NCBI GenBank assembly: GCA_944369075.1
Contig: CALVXK010000004.1
Coordinates: 9,078 to 73,077 of the forward strand
DNA from: an uncultured Bacilli bacterium
GTDB taxonomy: Bacteria; Bacillota_I; Bacilli_A; RFN20; CAG-826
Direction: 5' to 3'
DNA: 64,000 nucleotides
Shown: piece by piece, positions 10,217 through 20,068 of the stretch
Layout: every line of letters begins with the position of its first letter
How positions within the stretch are numbered: the first letter of the stretch is position 1
Made by a program: the position numbers and the translations under genes
The notes under the pieces: generated by a model
What the model was told of the DNA's origin: nothing
What the model saw: the letters and a program-made list of their open reading frames with translations, nothing else
Databases searched by the model: none

Positions 10217-10534
10217 TTAATTATTTGTAAAATTAAACGAGGTGTTAAAACTAAAGGCTGTTACTTCGTTATTTCCTAGAACACTCCCACTTGCCTTCAT
10301 GATTTCAATTTTTGTAGTAAGACTAACATTAAAAGGTTCTGAGCTCACTGTATCACCAAATTCCATAAAATTGAACAAGTTTAAATTATAATATGGGTCG
10401 CTATTTTGAGTTTTATAAGGTTCCTTATTGCTATAAGGATTTACAAAATTTAAACGATTATAACTATATGTATAGAAATCAGTGTCCACAAAAAAATCTG
10501 AATTGCCATTATAAGTGTCAAAAGAAGCAGCCAT
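10217..10534 (-). CDS. low-complexity Asn/Tyr/Phe-rich ORF; doubtful gene
   Basis: 105-aa ORF in the upstream region of the ecf operon. Composition is strongly biased and no recognisable domain is present. Confidence 0.2.
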   Translation of the reverse strand: MAASFDTYNGNSDFFVDTDFYTYSYNRLNFVNPYSNKEPYKTQNSDPYYNLNLFNFMEFGDTVSSEPFNVSLTTKIEIMKASGSVLGNNEVTAFSFNTSFNFTNN

Positions 10535-10835
10535 TATGTTCTATAATGCAACTCTTAGTATATTAAATGCTATTGTTGATATCTATGAACTTATTGATGA
10601 CAATGTTCCTGAAGTATTTATTGAAGAAGTTGTAGGTATAATTTCATTAAAAGTAGCTGCTATATTAAGTCTTATGCCTACTGCCTTAAAGGTAATTTTA
10701 GCTATTGCTATTGTAACATTTGCATTAATAGCTAGTGCTATTTCTTATTTTTGGTATCATAAGCAAGGATTCTATATTGGATTTTTAAGAAACGGGTTCT
10801 TAAGTCGGGACTTTGTTTGTGGTACAATGGAGTAA
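10515..10835 (+). CDS. small membrane protein, unknown function
   Basis: Two or three TM segments. It overlaps the next gene by 19 nt. Confidence 0.4.
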   Translation: MSKEAAIMFYNATLSILNAIVDIYELIDDNVPEVFIEEVVGIISLKVAAILSLMPTALKVILAIAIVTFALIASAISYFWYHKQGFYIGFLRNGFLSRDFVCGTME

Positions 10836-11812
10836 ATATGAAAGCAAAATTTAAAAATTATGAATTATATTCTCTTAGTTTTATTATTTTAAACTTAGAT
10901 ATTTTTATATTATTAAATTCTTTAATTCCTATTTATAACTTAGATACAGTTAAAGTATTTATTTATGTAATTGAGTTAATTCCACTTTTTTGTTTATCTC
11001 GTCATCTTTATTTGTATATAAAAATAAAAAGTGAAATGAAAGAAATAAAGAATAAATATAATATCTTGTTTATTTTATTAACTTTAGGTTTATTAGTTTA
11101 TTCTCTAATTGTTAATACTATTTATAGCTTTTTAAATAATGGTGGACTTAATGCCATTATCTTATTATTAAATATAATTTTATTAGTTATTCATAATGTT
11201 CTTTTCCTTTATTACGAGAATAAAGGAAAAGATAATGAAAAGATTAAAGAATATAATGATTTAATACTTACAAATTCTTTAATTAATAAAGATAATGAAG
11301 AAAATAAAAAGAATAGTTTCAAAATTCATACTTTATATTATTTATTAGCCTTAGTTCCTGGAACAATCTTCTCTGCTTCTTATTTTTATATGATATTAAA
11401 AACAAGCTCTTATGATCCAGGTTATATTTTTAGTAATTTTACATTCCTTTCAGTATTAATTATTATTTCTTTATTAATTTATATTGTTATTTTAGTAATT
11501 TTAGGAATATTTTCTTATAAGAATAAATTTTATAAACCATATAAAATTATTTTAATACCAGTAATTAATATTCTATCTTTAGTTTTAATGTGTTTAGTAG
11601 CTTTCTATATTAAAGAATTTACTTTAGAGGGAATAATAAATGATTTAAGTCCAAATAATGGTGATTCAGTTATTGGTTTCTTAACATTTATTATCTATTT
11701 ATTTTACTTATTATTATTTTTACTTGTTTCTCCTTTTAATATCTTTGATAATACTTATCTTTCTGATTTAAGAAGAAATAATAAAATAAATAATAGAATA
11801 ATAGAGAAATAA
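10817..11812 (+). CDS. polytopic membrane protein, unknown function
   Basis: 331 aa with about 8 predicted TM helices. No recognisable motif. Confidence 0.5.
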   Translation: MWYNGVNMKAKFKNYELYSLSFIILNLDIFILLNSLIPIYNLDTVKVFIYVIELIPLFCLSRHLYLYIKIKSEMKEIKNKYNILFILLTLGLLVYSLIVNTIYSFLNNGGLNAIILLLNIILLVIHNVLFLYYENKGKDNEKIKEYNDLILTNSLINKDNEENKKNSFKIHTLYYLLALVPGTIFSASYFYMILKTSSYDPGYIFSNFTFLSVLIIISLLIYIVILVILGIFSYKNKFYKPYKIILIPVINILSLVLMCLVAFYIKEFTLEGIINDLSPNNGDSVIGFLTFIIYLFYLLLFLLVSPFNIFDNTYLSDLRRNNKINNRIIEK

Positions 11813-11864
11813 CTAAAGATGTTGTCAAAACATGGTTATGAAAAATACCTTATGGGAGAGCTAA

Positions 11865-12425
11865 ATGATGAAGAAATCTTATCTTACTTTAATTAGCTTG
11901 TTTCTTCTAACCGGTTGTTCTTCTAATGAACCTACATATTTAAATAAAGGAACTATTCATTATTATTCAACTTCTTTAGATGAAACTAATGGGATTTTTA
12001 ATAATAATCAAGTTGTTAACTATAAAAACATTACTTCTTATGAAGAATTTAATGAAATAAGTAATAGTTTAAAAGAAGATTCTATATTGGAATTAGATAA
12101 AATTTCAAAATTAACTATTAATGAAGAATCTTTTAATGATTCTTCATTAATATCATTAGTATCTCTACATACAATTTATGGAATATATTATAAAACTTGC
12201 TTAACTTCTAATACGTTAAGTGGAGATTCTTTAAATTTATCATTCTTACAATATGAACCAAAAAGCGAAGGAGAATCTGGAGTAACATTAAGCTATTACC
12301 ATTATTTCTTCATTAAATCCAATGATAAAAAGGATATAAAAAGAGTAAATATTGATTTTAAAATTCAAGATGAATATGGTTTAATTTTAAAAGAATATTC
12401 TGAATCTATAACTTTAACTAAATAA
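11865..12425 (+). CDS. lipoprotein, unknown function
   Basis: Signal peptide with lipobox LLTGC (Cys18). SD GGGAGAG upstream. Confidence 0.55.
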   Translation: MMKKSYLTLISLFLLTGCSSNEPTYLNKGTIHYYSTSLDETNGIFNNNQVVNYKNITSYEEFNEISNSLKEDSILELDKISKLTINEESFNDSSLISLVSLHTIYGIYYKTCLTSNTLSGDSLNLSFLQYEPKSEGESGVTLSYYHYFFIKSNDKKDIKRVNIDFKIQDEYGLILKEYSESITLTK

Positions 12426-12441
12426 TCATATAAAGAAGTTA

Positions 12442-12930
12442 TTATTTCAAAATAACTTCTTTATATCTACCTTTATAAGGCTCATATTTTATTCCTGCTA
12501 AATCAAAAAGTAATCTAGAAGCTTTAGTTTCAGTAGAATCATGATATTTATCTTCTAAATAAATTACTTTAGATATACCTACTTGAATGATTGCTTTAGC
12601 ACATTCGTTACAGGGAAATAAGGTTACATAAATTGTACAACCTTTAAGATTTGTATTATTCTTTGTATTTAAAATTGCATTAAATTCAGCGTGACAAACA
12701 TAAAGATATTTAGAATCTAAACCTTCATTTTTATTCCAAGATAACTTATTTTCATCAAGTCCTTTAGGCATTCCATTATATCCAATAGAAACTACTTTAT
12801 GATCGTTATCAACAATACATGCTCCAACATTAGTATTTGGGTCTTTACTTCTTTTAGCACTTAAAAGTGCTATTCCCATAAAATATTCGTCCCAAGATAA
12901 TATATCTTTGATTTTTACATTATTTTCCAT
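12442..12930 (-). CDS. comEB: dCMP deaminase (ComEB-like cytidine/deoxycytidylate deaminase)
   Basis: Zinc-binding motifs CHAE and PCNECAK are present. The N-terminus KDILSWDEYFMGIALLSAKRSKDPNTNVGACIV is typical of dCMP deaminase. Confidence 0.8.
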   Translation of the reverse strand: MENNVKIKDILSWDEYFMGIALLSAKRSKDPNTNVGACIVDNDHKVVSIGYNGMPKGLDENKLSWNKNEGLDSKYLYVCHAEFNAILNTKNNTNLKGCTIYVTLFPCNECAKAIIQVGISKVIYLEDKYHDSTETKASRLLFDLAGIKYEPYKGRYKEVILK

Positions 12931-14356
12931 TAGAACTTACCTCTTTTTTATTCTTTTTAAAGCTAAAAGATTTCTTATCATCTCTAAATATTACAAATAC
13001 TGTTAAGTTAATAAAGAAAACAATAATTGAGAATATTAAAACTATGGTTGGAACTATAGTCAAAGAATAAGATACATCTAAATTAGAGTAGAATGTAGAA
13101 ATTGTAAATAAAATCATTGATAAAATAGCAAGAACTAAAGAAAAAATAGAAAATAATAGTGCATATAATTTAAAATGATTATATAACTTAATCATCTTAT
13201 AAGAATAATATGTTGTTAAAGCAATAAACATTACTTCAAGAGCAAACATAAAGTAAGCAACAAATCCTAAATAGAAAGATATTGCATTATTATTTTGATT
13301 AAAACTATTTAAAATTTCATGTAAATAAGAATAAATTGAACTAGATGAAGTTAAATTAGAATCTAAATTAGTAAATTGAAGTATTTTAGTACCTAAAATT
13401 ATTAAAGTAATCATTCCAAAAACAAAAGATACTAAAAGTAAACTTCTTCTTACTATCATCATCTTATTTTTGACTAAAGCAACTTTATAAATATTATATC
13501 CACCTATTGAAATAAGGAATAATAAAGAAACTATGTAATATAAAATAGGCATAACTTCAATTGTTTCGATATCTGAACTAAATCCAATCGAAATTAAAAT
13601 AAGTGAGAAAATAATAATTGAAGGTAATACAATCAAATAAAAATTATGTTGATAATCTTTATTTTTAATATCATTTAACCCTCTAATTAATACTAAAGCT
13701 GAAGCAATTAAAGAGAATGTCAAAAATGATGCTAAAAATATAAATTGTAAGAAAAGTGAAAAAGATGCCGTCATTGCATTTCCGAAGAAATTAACTCCTA
13801 AAGAAAATTCTGAGACAATTTCATTCCAGTTAGTAATTAAAATATTAATAAAATTAATAGTTCCATCACTTGTTTTTACAAGAGGCATAAAAGCTACAAC
13901 AAAACCAAAAATTAATATTAGTAAAGAAGTAATAAATTCAGCTAAATGAACTTTATTTTCAATCTTTAACATCTTTTCTGGTGAAATTTTACTTTCTTTT
14001 GATAAATAATCTTCGTTATATTCTAAAATCTTATCACTTGGAGTAGATGAAATTTCATCTCTGTTAATATCTTTAATTTTTGAATTATATACTCTTTGTT
14101 TAATATTTTTTTGTTCAACTAAATAAGTTTCTTCATCAATTTTAGATTCATCAATAGTTGAAAAAGTCTTAGTTTCACAATCAGAAGTTGATGTAAAACG
14201 ATATCCACAAACTGGACAAAATTTTGATCCTGGTGGACAAACATTATTACATCTAGGACATCTTAAATTATATTCGCTTAAAGAAGCCCCACAAGAAAGG
14301 CAGAATTTGGCATTATCTTGATTTTCAGCACCACAATCTGGACATTTTTTCATCAA
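12920..14356 (-). CDS. double zinc-ribbon domain membrane protein
   Basis: N-terminus CPDCGAENQDNAKFCLSCG ... CPRCNNVCPPGSKFCPVCG gives two CxxC...CxxC ribbons. These are followed by about 9 TM helices. Confidence 0.6.
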   Translation of the reverse strand: MMKKCPDCGAENQDNAKFCLSCGASLSEYNLRCPRCNNVCPPGSKFCPVCGYRFTSTSDCETKTFSTIDESKIDEETYLVEQKNIKQRVYNSKIKDINRDEISSTPSDKILEYNEDYLSKESKISPEKMLKIENKVHLAEFITSLLILIFGFVVAFMPLVKTSDGTINFINILITNWNEIVSEFSLGVNFFGNAMTASFSLFLQFIFLASFLTFSLIASALVLIRGLNDIKNKDYQHNFYLIVLPSIIIFSLILISIGFSSDIETIEVMPILYYIVSLLFLISIGGYNIYKVALVKNKMMIVRRSLLLVSFVFGMITLIILGTKILQFTNLDSNLTSSSSIYSYLHEILNSFNQNNNAISFYLGFVAYFMFALEVMFIALTTYYSYKMIKLYNHFKLYALLFSIFSLVLAILSMILFTISTFYSNLDVSYSLTIVPTIVLIFSIIVFFINLTVFVIFRDDKKSFSFKKNKKEVSSNGK

Positions 14357-14366
14357 TTCTCCTCCT

Positions 14367-17087
14367 TTAGTCAGTAAATCTAATAGAAATAAATACTCTA
14401 TCAGATGTAATCATAGCTTTATTTGAATAAGTTCCTCTAATCTCGGAATAAATAGCAATAGCTCCGGAAGTATTTGGAGTAGATCCTTCTTTTAATCTTA
14501 AGACTAAACCTTGATTCGTAATTTCATAGTCAACATTTGAAGTAACAGCATTTTCATCAACAATATAAGCAACATTTGCTTCATAAGGTACTCTTACTCT
14601 AGTTTCTCTATCATATAAAATGGTTTCTAAATTAAGAACAAACTCTTCATTTGGACCGATTTGAACTTCATTTGTTGTTCCTAAATCTATTTCTGAACGA
14701 TATAAATCGGAAGAATAATATTTTTCATAATATAAATGTAAATCAAGTGATTCATGGCCCATAACATTAAAGTAAATGAAACTATTTTTATCTGAACTTG
14801 CTACTTCTACTGCACCATCAATTTCATCAATTAAAACACCCCTCATATTTGGGCGAGGTTCAAAATCAATTCTTAAAACTTCTTCTGGAATAAAGTAAGT
14901 TCCAGTTTGTGTTGGAGTTTCAGAATCTTCAATAGTATAAGTATATTGTCTTGGTGTAAATCCAATTCTAATAGCTTCTTGATGAGTTGTATCGCCATTA
15001 GGGAAGAAATCATAACTTGATGAGAATTGAGTTAAACTTTCTGTTTCAGCAAAAGCTCCATCACCTATCTCTTTTACAGAAGAAGGTAAAACAATTGAAG
15101 TTAAACTTGAACAATCTCTAAAGGCATTATTACCAATTCTTACAAGTTGAGAAGGTTCACTATTTGAGAAAATAAATTCTTCAAGTCTAACGCAGCCATT
15201 AAATGCATCGTCAGGAATTTCTTTAATGTAAGTTGAGAAATTAATAATTTGGGCAATTGAACGTTTAACTGATCCACTAAATGCTTCAGGATTCATTTCG
15301 TCAACTGGAACTCCTCCAATAAAGTGTCTTAAAATTAATGAATTTGTTGTAAAATCACTATCAATTCTTTCAACAGATTCTAAACGATAATGAGTTCTAT
15401 CATCTAAAGCAATATAAGTGACTCTATATCCATTTTCAGCATCAACAAATCTTTCAGCAGTTAAATATTCGGCTTTTAAACCAAGTGAATAATAGCCTTG
15501 AGTTGGAATTGTAATTGTATCGCTATTTTCTTCCGGAGCAATTGTTGTTTCAGGATTTTCGTTAATTTCAAAACCAACGAAGTCGTAATTTTGTTTCTCA
15601 GGTAAAACAAATTCTAATTCATCCCAAGAATAAAAATATGTTGGTAAAGTTATCTCTTCTCCTTCAGAATCTAAAATTTGTCCATCATCTAAATCTATTT
15701 CTAAAGCTCTTTTTGTTAAACCAATATAATTTTCATCAAATTCATTATGAGTTTCTTTAGTAAGATTAATCAAATTTGGAGTATTTAAAAAAGCATCTTG
15801 ACCAATATATTGAACAAATTGAGGAATGTTTAAAGTTGTAAGATAGACGCAGTCTTTAAAAGCATTTCCCCCGATACTAGAAAGAATTGATGAAGAAGAT
15901 ATTTCAATTTCAACAAGTGAATCACAAGATTCAAAACAACCATCAGGAATTTCACGAATATTATCAGGAAAATTATAAATGTATTGGATATCAGAATTTG
16001 CAAATAAAGTAGGATTAATCTCATTAACTGGAAGACCATCAATAGAATCTTCTAAAGTTAATGAATTAGATTCAAAATCATAAGCTGTAATTGTATAACC
16101 ATTAGAATTATTTTTAGTATAAGTTACTCCATTTAAAATAACAGGAGCATCACGGGTATTAGTTGCAGCACCAATTCCAATTCCAATAAAGGCGATAACT
16201 AAAGTTGAACAAAGTGTTCCAACTATTAAAGCACGTTTATTTAATTCTTTGTTTTGTTTTAAATGAGGATTAATTAAATTAATTAAATCATCTGCTTCAT
16301 GATTTACATAAGTAAATTCAAGGAATGACTTAATATCAATTAATTTATCTTTATCGTTATAACTATTTTCAATTACCTTTCTTAGCACCAATAAAAGATA
16401 GGTATTTAAAGCTTTATGTTCCTTGATAATTTGCCCAATAATATCTTTAATATCGCTAATATCATCAAAATGATAAAGAATATCAACATAATATTGGAAA
16501 TTTCCTTCGCCTTTTCTAAGAATAGCAATCAAATTATCTTTTACAAGATTTTCATCAACAAATTGCTTTGTAATATATCTAAAAGATTTATAAAGCGTAG
16601 TTAAAATAAGCGAAATTGTATAGGTATAATCAACATGCTTCTGTTTTTGTATTCTTAAATGTTTTAAAAGTTGCTCAATATCGGCACCTTCTAGATTTAG
16701 TTCAACTCTTTTATATTCAACTTCTTCTACTACATAATTTAATTTATCTTTAAGTTTTTGATCTCCTAAATCATATGCAGCTTTAAAAAATGGAGAATTT
16801 ACTATTTCTTCATTAGCTTTACTTCTAAGTTCATTATAAGTTTTAACATCATAACTTAAATAAAGTTTTGCTAAAAATATGTCAGCAAAGTTTTCATCTA
16901 AAGCATAAGCTTCATCAATTAATTTATTAGCTTCTTCTTTATTATCGCTTTTAATAAGCTTAAAAGCTTGATCACAAAGTTTCTTTGCTTGTGTTCTTTT
17001 TTTAAAATCAACTTTAGGATCTTTTTTATCTAAATCACCGTCCAATTTGTTTTCGACTATGTTATTTTCTTTTTCTTTCTCAGGCAT
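14367..17087 (-). CDS. BspA-type leucine-rich-repeat cell-surface protein with a large N-terminal cytoplasmic domain and a single TM helix
   Basis: About 290-aa charged N-domain, then TM ALIVGTLCSTLVIAFIGIGIGAA, then two LRR_5-like blocks (IPDGCFESCDSLVEIEI...GGNAFKDCVYLTTLNIP and IPDDAFNGCVRLEEF...GNNAFRDCSSLTSIVLP). Confidence 0.6.
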   Translation of the reverse strand: MPEKEKENNIVENKLDGDLDKKDPKVDFKKRTQAKKLCDQAFKLIKSDNKEEANKLIDEAYALDENFADIFLAKLYLSYDVKTYNELRSKANEEIVNSPFFKAAYDLGDQKLKDKLNYVVEEVEYKRVELNLEGADIEQLLKHLRIQKQKHVDYTYTISLILTTLYKSFRYITKQFVDENLVKDNLIAILRKGEGNFQYYVDILYHFDDISDIKDIIGQIIKEHKALNTYLLLVLRKVIENSYNDKDKLIDIKSFLEFTYVNHEADDLINLINPHLKQNKELNKRALIVGTLCSTLVIAFIGIGIGAATNTRDAPVILNGVTYTKNNSNGYTITAYDFESNSLTLEDSIDGLPVNEINPTLFANSDIQYIYNFPDNIREIPDGCFESCDSLVEIEISSSSILSSIGGNAFKDCVYLTTLNIPQFVQYIGQDAFLNTPNLINLTKETHNEFDENYIGLTKRALEIDLDDGQILDSEGEEITLPTYFYSWDELEFVLPEKQNYDFVGFEINENPETTIAPEENSDTITIPTQGYYSLGLKAEYLTAERFVDAENGYRVTYIALDDRTHYRLESVERIDSDFTTNSLILRHFIGGVPVDEMNPEAFSGSVKRSIAQIINFSTYIKEIPDDAFNGCVRLEEFIFSNSEPSQLVRIGNNAFRDCSSLTSIVLPSSVKEIGDGAFAETESLTQFSSSYDFFPNGDTTHQEAIRIGFTPRQYTYTIEDSETPTQTGTYFIPEEVLRIDFEPRPNMRGVLIDEIDGAVEVASSDKNSFIYFNVMGHESLDLHLYYEKYYSSDLYRSEIDLGTTNEVQIGPNEEFVLNLETILYDRETRVRVPYEANVAYIVDENAVTSNVDYEITNQGLVLRLKEGSTPNTSGAIAIYSEIRGTYSNKAMITSDRVFISIRFTD

Positions 17088-17114
17088 TCTTAAATTATAA
17101 AGGAAAAAAGAATT

Positions 17115-18341
17115 TTATTTAAAAAGTTCTTTTAATATTTCAACCATTTTTTCCATTTGATTAATAGAAACTACTTCAAATCTACCATGAGGTGAGAAAT
17201 CTCCAACACCTAAATTTGGACAAGGCAGACCTAAATAAGTAATTGTTGCACCATCAGTTCCGCCTCTAATAGGAGAATAAGTAAGTTTAACATTAGAATT
17301 TAAATATGCTTTATTGATTAAATTTATAGCGGTCATATCGTTTTTAAAATAATCAAACATATTACGATAATCATCTTCAATTGTTAATTCTAACTTTCCA
17401 TGTGGATATTTATTTTTAAGAGTTTCGAGGGCTTTTTGCATAATTACTTTCTTTTCTTCAAGTAAATCTTTATCGTGATCTCTTAAAATAAAAGATAAGC
17501 TAGCTTCTTCAACATCTCCTTTAATATCAGTTAAATGAATAAAGCCTTCTCTATTTTCAGTTTTTTCTGGAACCATTTCACTAGGAAGAAGTAAAACGTA
17601 TTCACTAGCTAACATAGCAGCATTTACCATTATATCTTTTGCACTACCTGGATGAACTCCTACTCCATAAATTTTTAAGGTAGCATGAGCTGCATTAAAG
17701 TTTTCATAACTTGCTTCAAAAATGCTTCCTCCATCAAGAGTATAAGCAACATCAGCCTTCATCTTTTTAATGTCAAAATGGAGTGCTCCTTTACCAATTT
17801 CTTCATCTGGAGTAAAAGAAATAGCAAGATTATAGTTAAATTCATCTTTATGATTAATATAATAGTTAACAAAAGTTAGAATGATTGCGATTCCAGCTTT
17901 ATCATCTCCGCCTAAAAGATGTTCTCCATCAGTGACAATAATATCATCACCTTGAATTTCCTTTAAGAAAGGAAATTCATTAACTTCCATTAAATATTTA
18001 TCGTTTAATTTGATGTCTTTTCCATCATAATTTTTAATAATACGAGGATTTTTTATCCCGCCTTTTAATGCTGGTGAAGTATCCATATGTGCAATTAATC
18101 CAATTGTTTTTTCTTTATTATTATCAACATGAGCATAGACTAAAGAATATTCATCTTTATAAGCATTACTTACACCAATAGAATGTAAAATTTCTACTAA
18201 TTTATCAGCAAATTCACTTTCTTTCTCACTACTTGGATAAGTAGTAGAAACTTCATCACTCATTGTATCAAAACTAATTAAATCTAAAAATAAAGGTACT
18301 AAATCTAACATATTTTCTCCTTCTACCCAACAAAAAACCAT
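17115..18341 (-). CDS. pepT: peptidase T (tripeptide aminopeptidase, M20B)
   Basis: Metal ligand motifs HMDT and GGDDKAGIA are present. The 408-aa length is typical of PepT. Confidence 0.85.
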   Translation of the reverse strand: MVFCWVEGENMLDLVPLFLDLISFDTMSDEVSTTYPSSEKESEFADKLVEILHSIGVSNAYKDEYSLVYAHVDNNKEKTIGLIAHMDTSPALKGGIKNPRIIKNYDGKDIKLNDKYLMEVNEFPFLKEIQGDDIIVTDGEHLLGGDDKAGIAIILTFVNYYINHKDEFNYNLAISFTPDEEIGKGALHFDIKKMKADVAYTLDGGSIFEASYENFNAAHATLKIYGVGVHPGSAKDIMVNAAMLASEYVLLLPSEMVPEKTENREGFIHLTDIKGDVEEASLSFILRDHDKDLLEEKKVIMQKALETLKNKYPHGKLELTIEDDYRNMFDYFKNDMTAINLINKAYLNSNVKLTYSPIRGGTDGATITYLGLPCPNLGVGDFSPHGRFEVVSINQMEKMVEILKELFK

Positions 18342-18976
18342 AAATCTATATCACTAATATATAATTCAAGATCATAAAAATTACCACTATTATCTGAAAA
18401 AAGTAATTTATCTAAAGCATTAATATAAACTTTTAAATCTCTATCTATTAAATCACTTGTTGCAAAATCAAACTTAATCTCTTTAAAAGAGTAAGTTAAG
18501 TTATTTCCTCTTATTTCTAACGTATCAGAAAGTTGTTTGTTTAAAGTTGAAGAAAGATAAATAGAAGGAACACTAAGAAGTTTATATTCATTACTATTAG
18601 CAAATTCTTCAAATTCACCTTCTATGCCAATAACAACATTTAAGAATAAAGATATACTATGCTTATCACTACTTAAATTATTATCAGCATATAAAGTATT
18701 AATGTTTACACTTCCTAAAGTATTAGCAAATGGATTAAAATCATAAGAATAATTAACAGCGAATACTTTAGAATCTTCTTCACTAGATAAAGAATAAACA
18801 CAATTTTCTTCATCATTACTAGTTAAATATAAATCAGTAACATCGTTACTATTTTTATATAAACGATAATTAGGAGTTGCTAAAGAAGGGATTAATATTG
18901 TTATTAATCCCAAAATAATGATAAATACTCCACTAATAGTAATAATTTTAGGTATATATTTTTTAATATCTTGCAT
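18323..18976 (-). CDS. N-terminally membrane-anchored exported protein, unknown function
   Basis: Single TM at residues 10-32 followed by a 180-aa extracytoplasmic region. Its stop overlaps the pepT start. Confidence 0.45.
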   Translation of the reverse strand: MQDIKKYIPKIITISGVFIIILGLITILIPSLATPNYRLYKNSNDVTDLYLTSNDEENCVYSLSSEEDSKVFAVNYSYDFNPFANTLGSVNINTLYADNNLSSDKHSISLFLNVVIGIEGEFEEFANSNEYKLLSVPSIYLSSTLNKQLSDTLEIRGNNLTYSFKEIKFDFATSDLIDRDLKVYINALDKLLFSDNSGNFYDLELYISDIDLWFFVG

Positions 18977-19005
18977 AAATATAAATAGTTTAATTAATGT
19001 AATAA

Positions 19006-19881
19006 ATGATTAACAATCATTTAAATAATTATATAATAAATTTATCTATGAAAAAACTTAATTATGTAATTGATACACACACTCATTTAGGATATTGGAA
19101 AACTTTAAAAGAATGTGAAAATAATCTTCTATATAATTTTAATAATTATGATATATCTTATGCTTTAGTAAGTATTGATCAAACAGAAATTTATAGAGAA
19201 AATCTTAAAGTAATGCCTTTTTTAACATCATTAGATTATATTTTAGATTTTGTTAGAAGAAATAAAGGTTTTGGTATATTAATTTGGTTTAGAACACTTC
19301 ACTTTTCTAAAAAAGATGCTCTAGCTATTGATAAATTTATTAGTGAACACCAAGAATTAGTTCATGGTTTAAAATTTCATCCTACCTTAAGTCAAACAAA
19401 GTGTACTTCTAAAAAGTTAGAACCATTTTTAAAAATTGCTAGAAAATATAATCTTCCAATATTAGTTCATACTGCTTTAGATGAATATGCAAATATTAAT
19501 GAACTTGCTACTTTAGCTAAAAATAACCATGATATTAACTTTATTGCCGCTCATCTTGAGTTAGGTTCAAATAATAAATACGCTCTAAGTAAACTTAAAG
19601 AGGTATCTAATTTATATGGTGATACAGCTTGGGTAAATATGGAATCTCTTAGAGAAGCTAAAAAATTAAATATTATAAATAAAATAATGTTTGGAAGTGA
19701 TTCACCAATAGACGGGAAAGATACACTTAATCATAAATTTTACAAAGGTTATTTTTCAAATAAGATTGGTTTAAGAAAAGATGATTACGATAAATTAATG
19801 TATAAAAACGCTTTAAAAATATATTCTATAGATGAAAAGAATTTAATAACAAGATACCAATGGGACAAGTCCCCCCGTTAG
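19006..19881 (+). CDS. amidohydrolase-2 family metal-dependent hydrolase (TIM barrel)
   Basis: Motif VIDTHTHLGYW near the N-terminus and a C-terminal FGSDSP are typical of the PF04909-type fold. The start may be the internal ATG at 19048. Confidence 0.45.
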   Translation: MINNHLNNYIINLSMKKLNYVIDTHTHLGYWKTLKECENNLLYNFNNYDISYALVSIDQTEIYRENLKVMPFLTSLDYILDFVRRNKGFGILIWFRTLHFSKKDALAIDKFISEHQELVHGLKFHPTLSQTKCTSKKLEPFLKIARKYNLPILVHTALDEYANINELATLAKNNHDINFIAAHLELGSNNKYALSKLKEVSNLYGDTAWVNMESLREAKKLNIINKIMFGSDSPIDGKDTLNHKFYKGYFSNKIGLRKDDYDKLMYKNALKIYSIDEKNLITRYQWDKSPR

Positions 19882-20068
19882 ATCCACAGTTGTCACTAGG
19901 AGAAATATTTCCTCCATTAAGAGATAAAATAACTACAAAACATATAATAATTATTAAAACTAAAGCGATAAATAAAGAAATAACAATAATTTTATTTCTT
20001 TTTCTTCTTTTTTCATCTAATTCATTTTCTTCTTCTACTTTTGGTTTATTTCTATTTTCTTCTAACAT
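19826..20068 (-). CDS. small single-TM membrane protein, translationally coupled to the upstream gene
   Basis: Its start ATG overlaps the stop TAA of the 20068..20889 gene (TAATG). Charged N-terminus plus one TM helix. Confidence 0.4.
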   Translation of the reverse strand: MLEENRNKPKVEEENELDEKRRKRNKIIVISLFIALVLIIIICFVVILSLNGGNISPSDNCGSNGGTCPIGILLLNSFHL

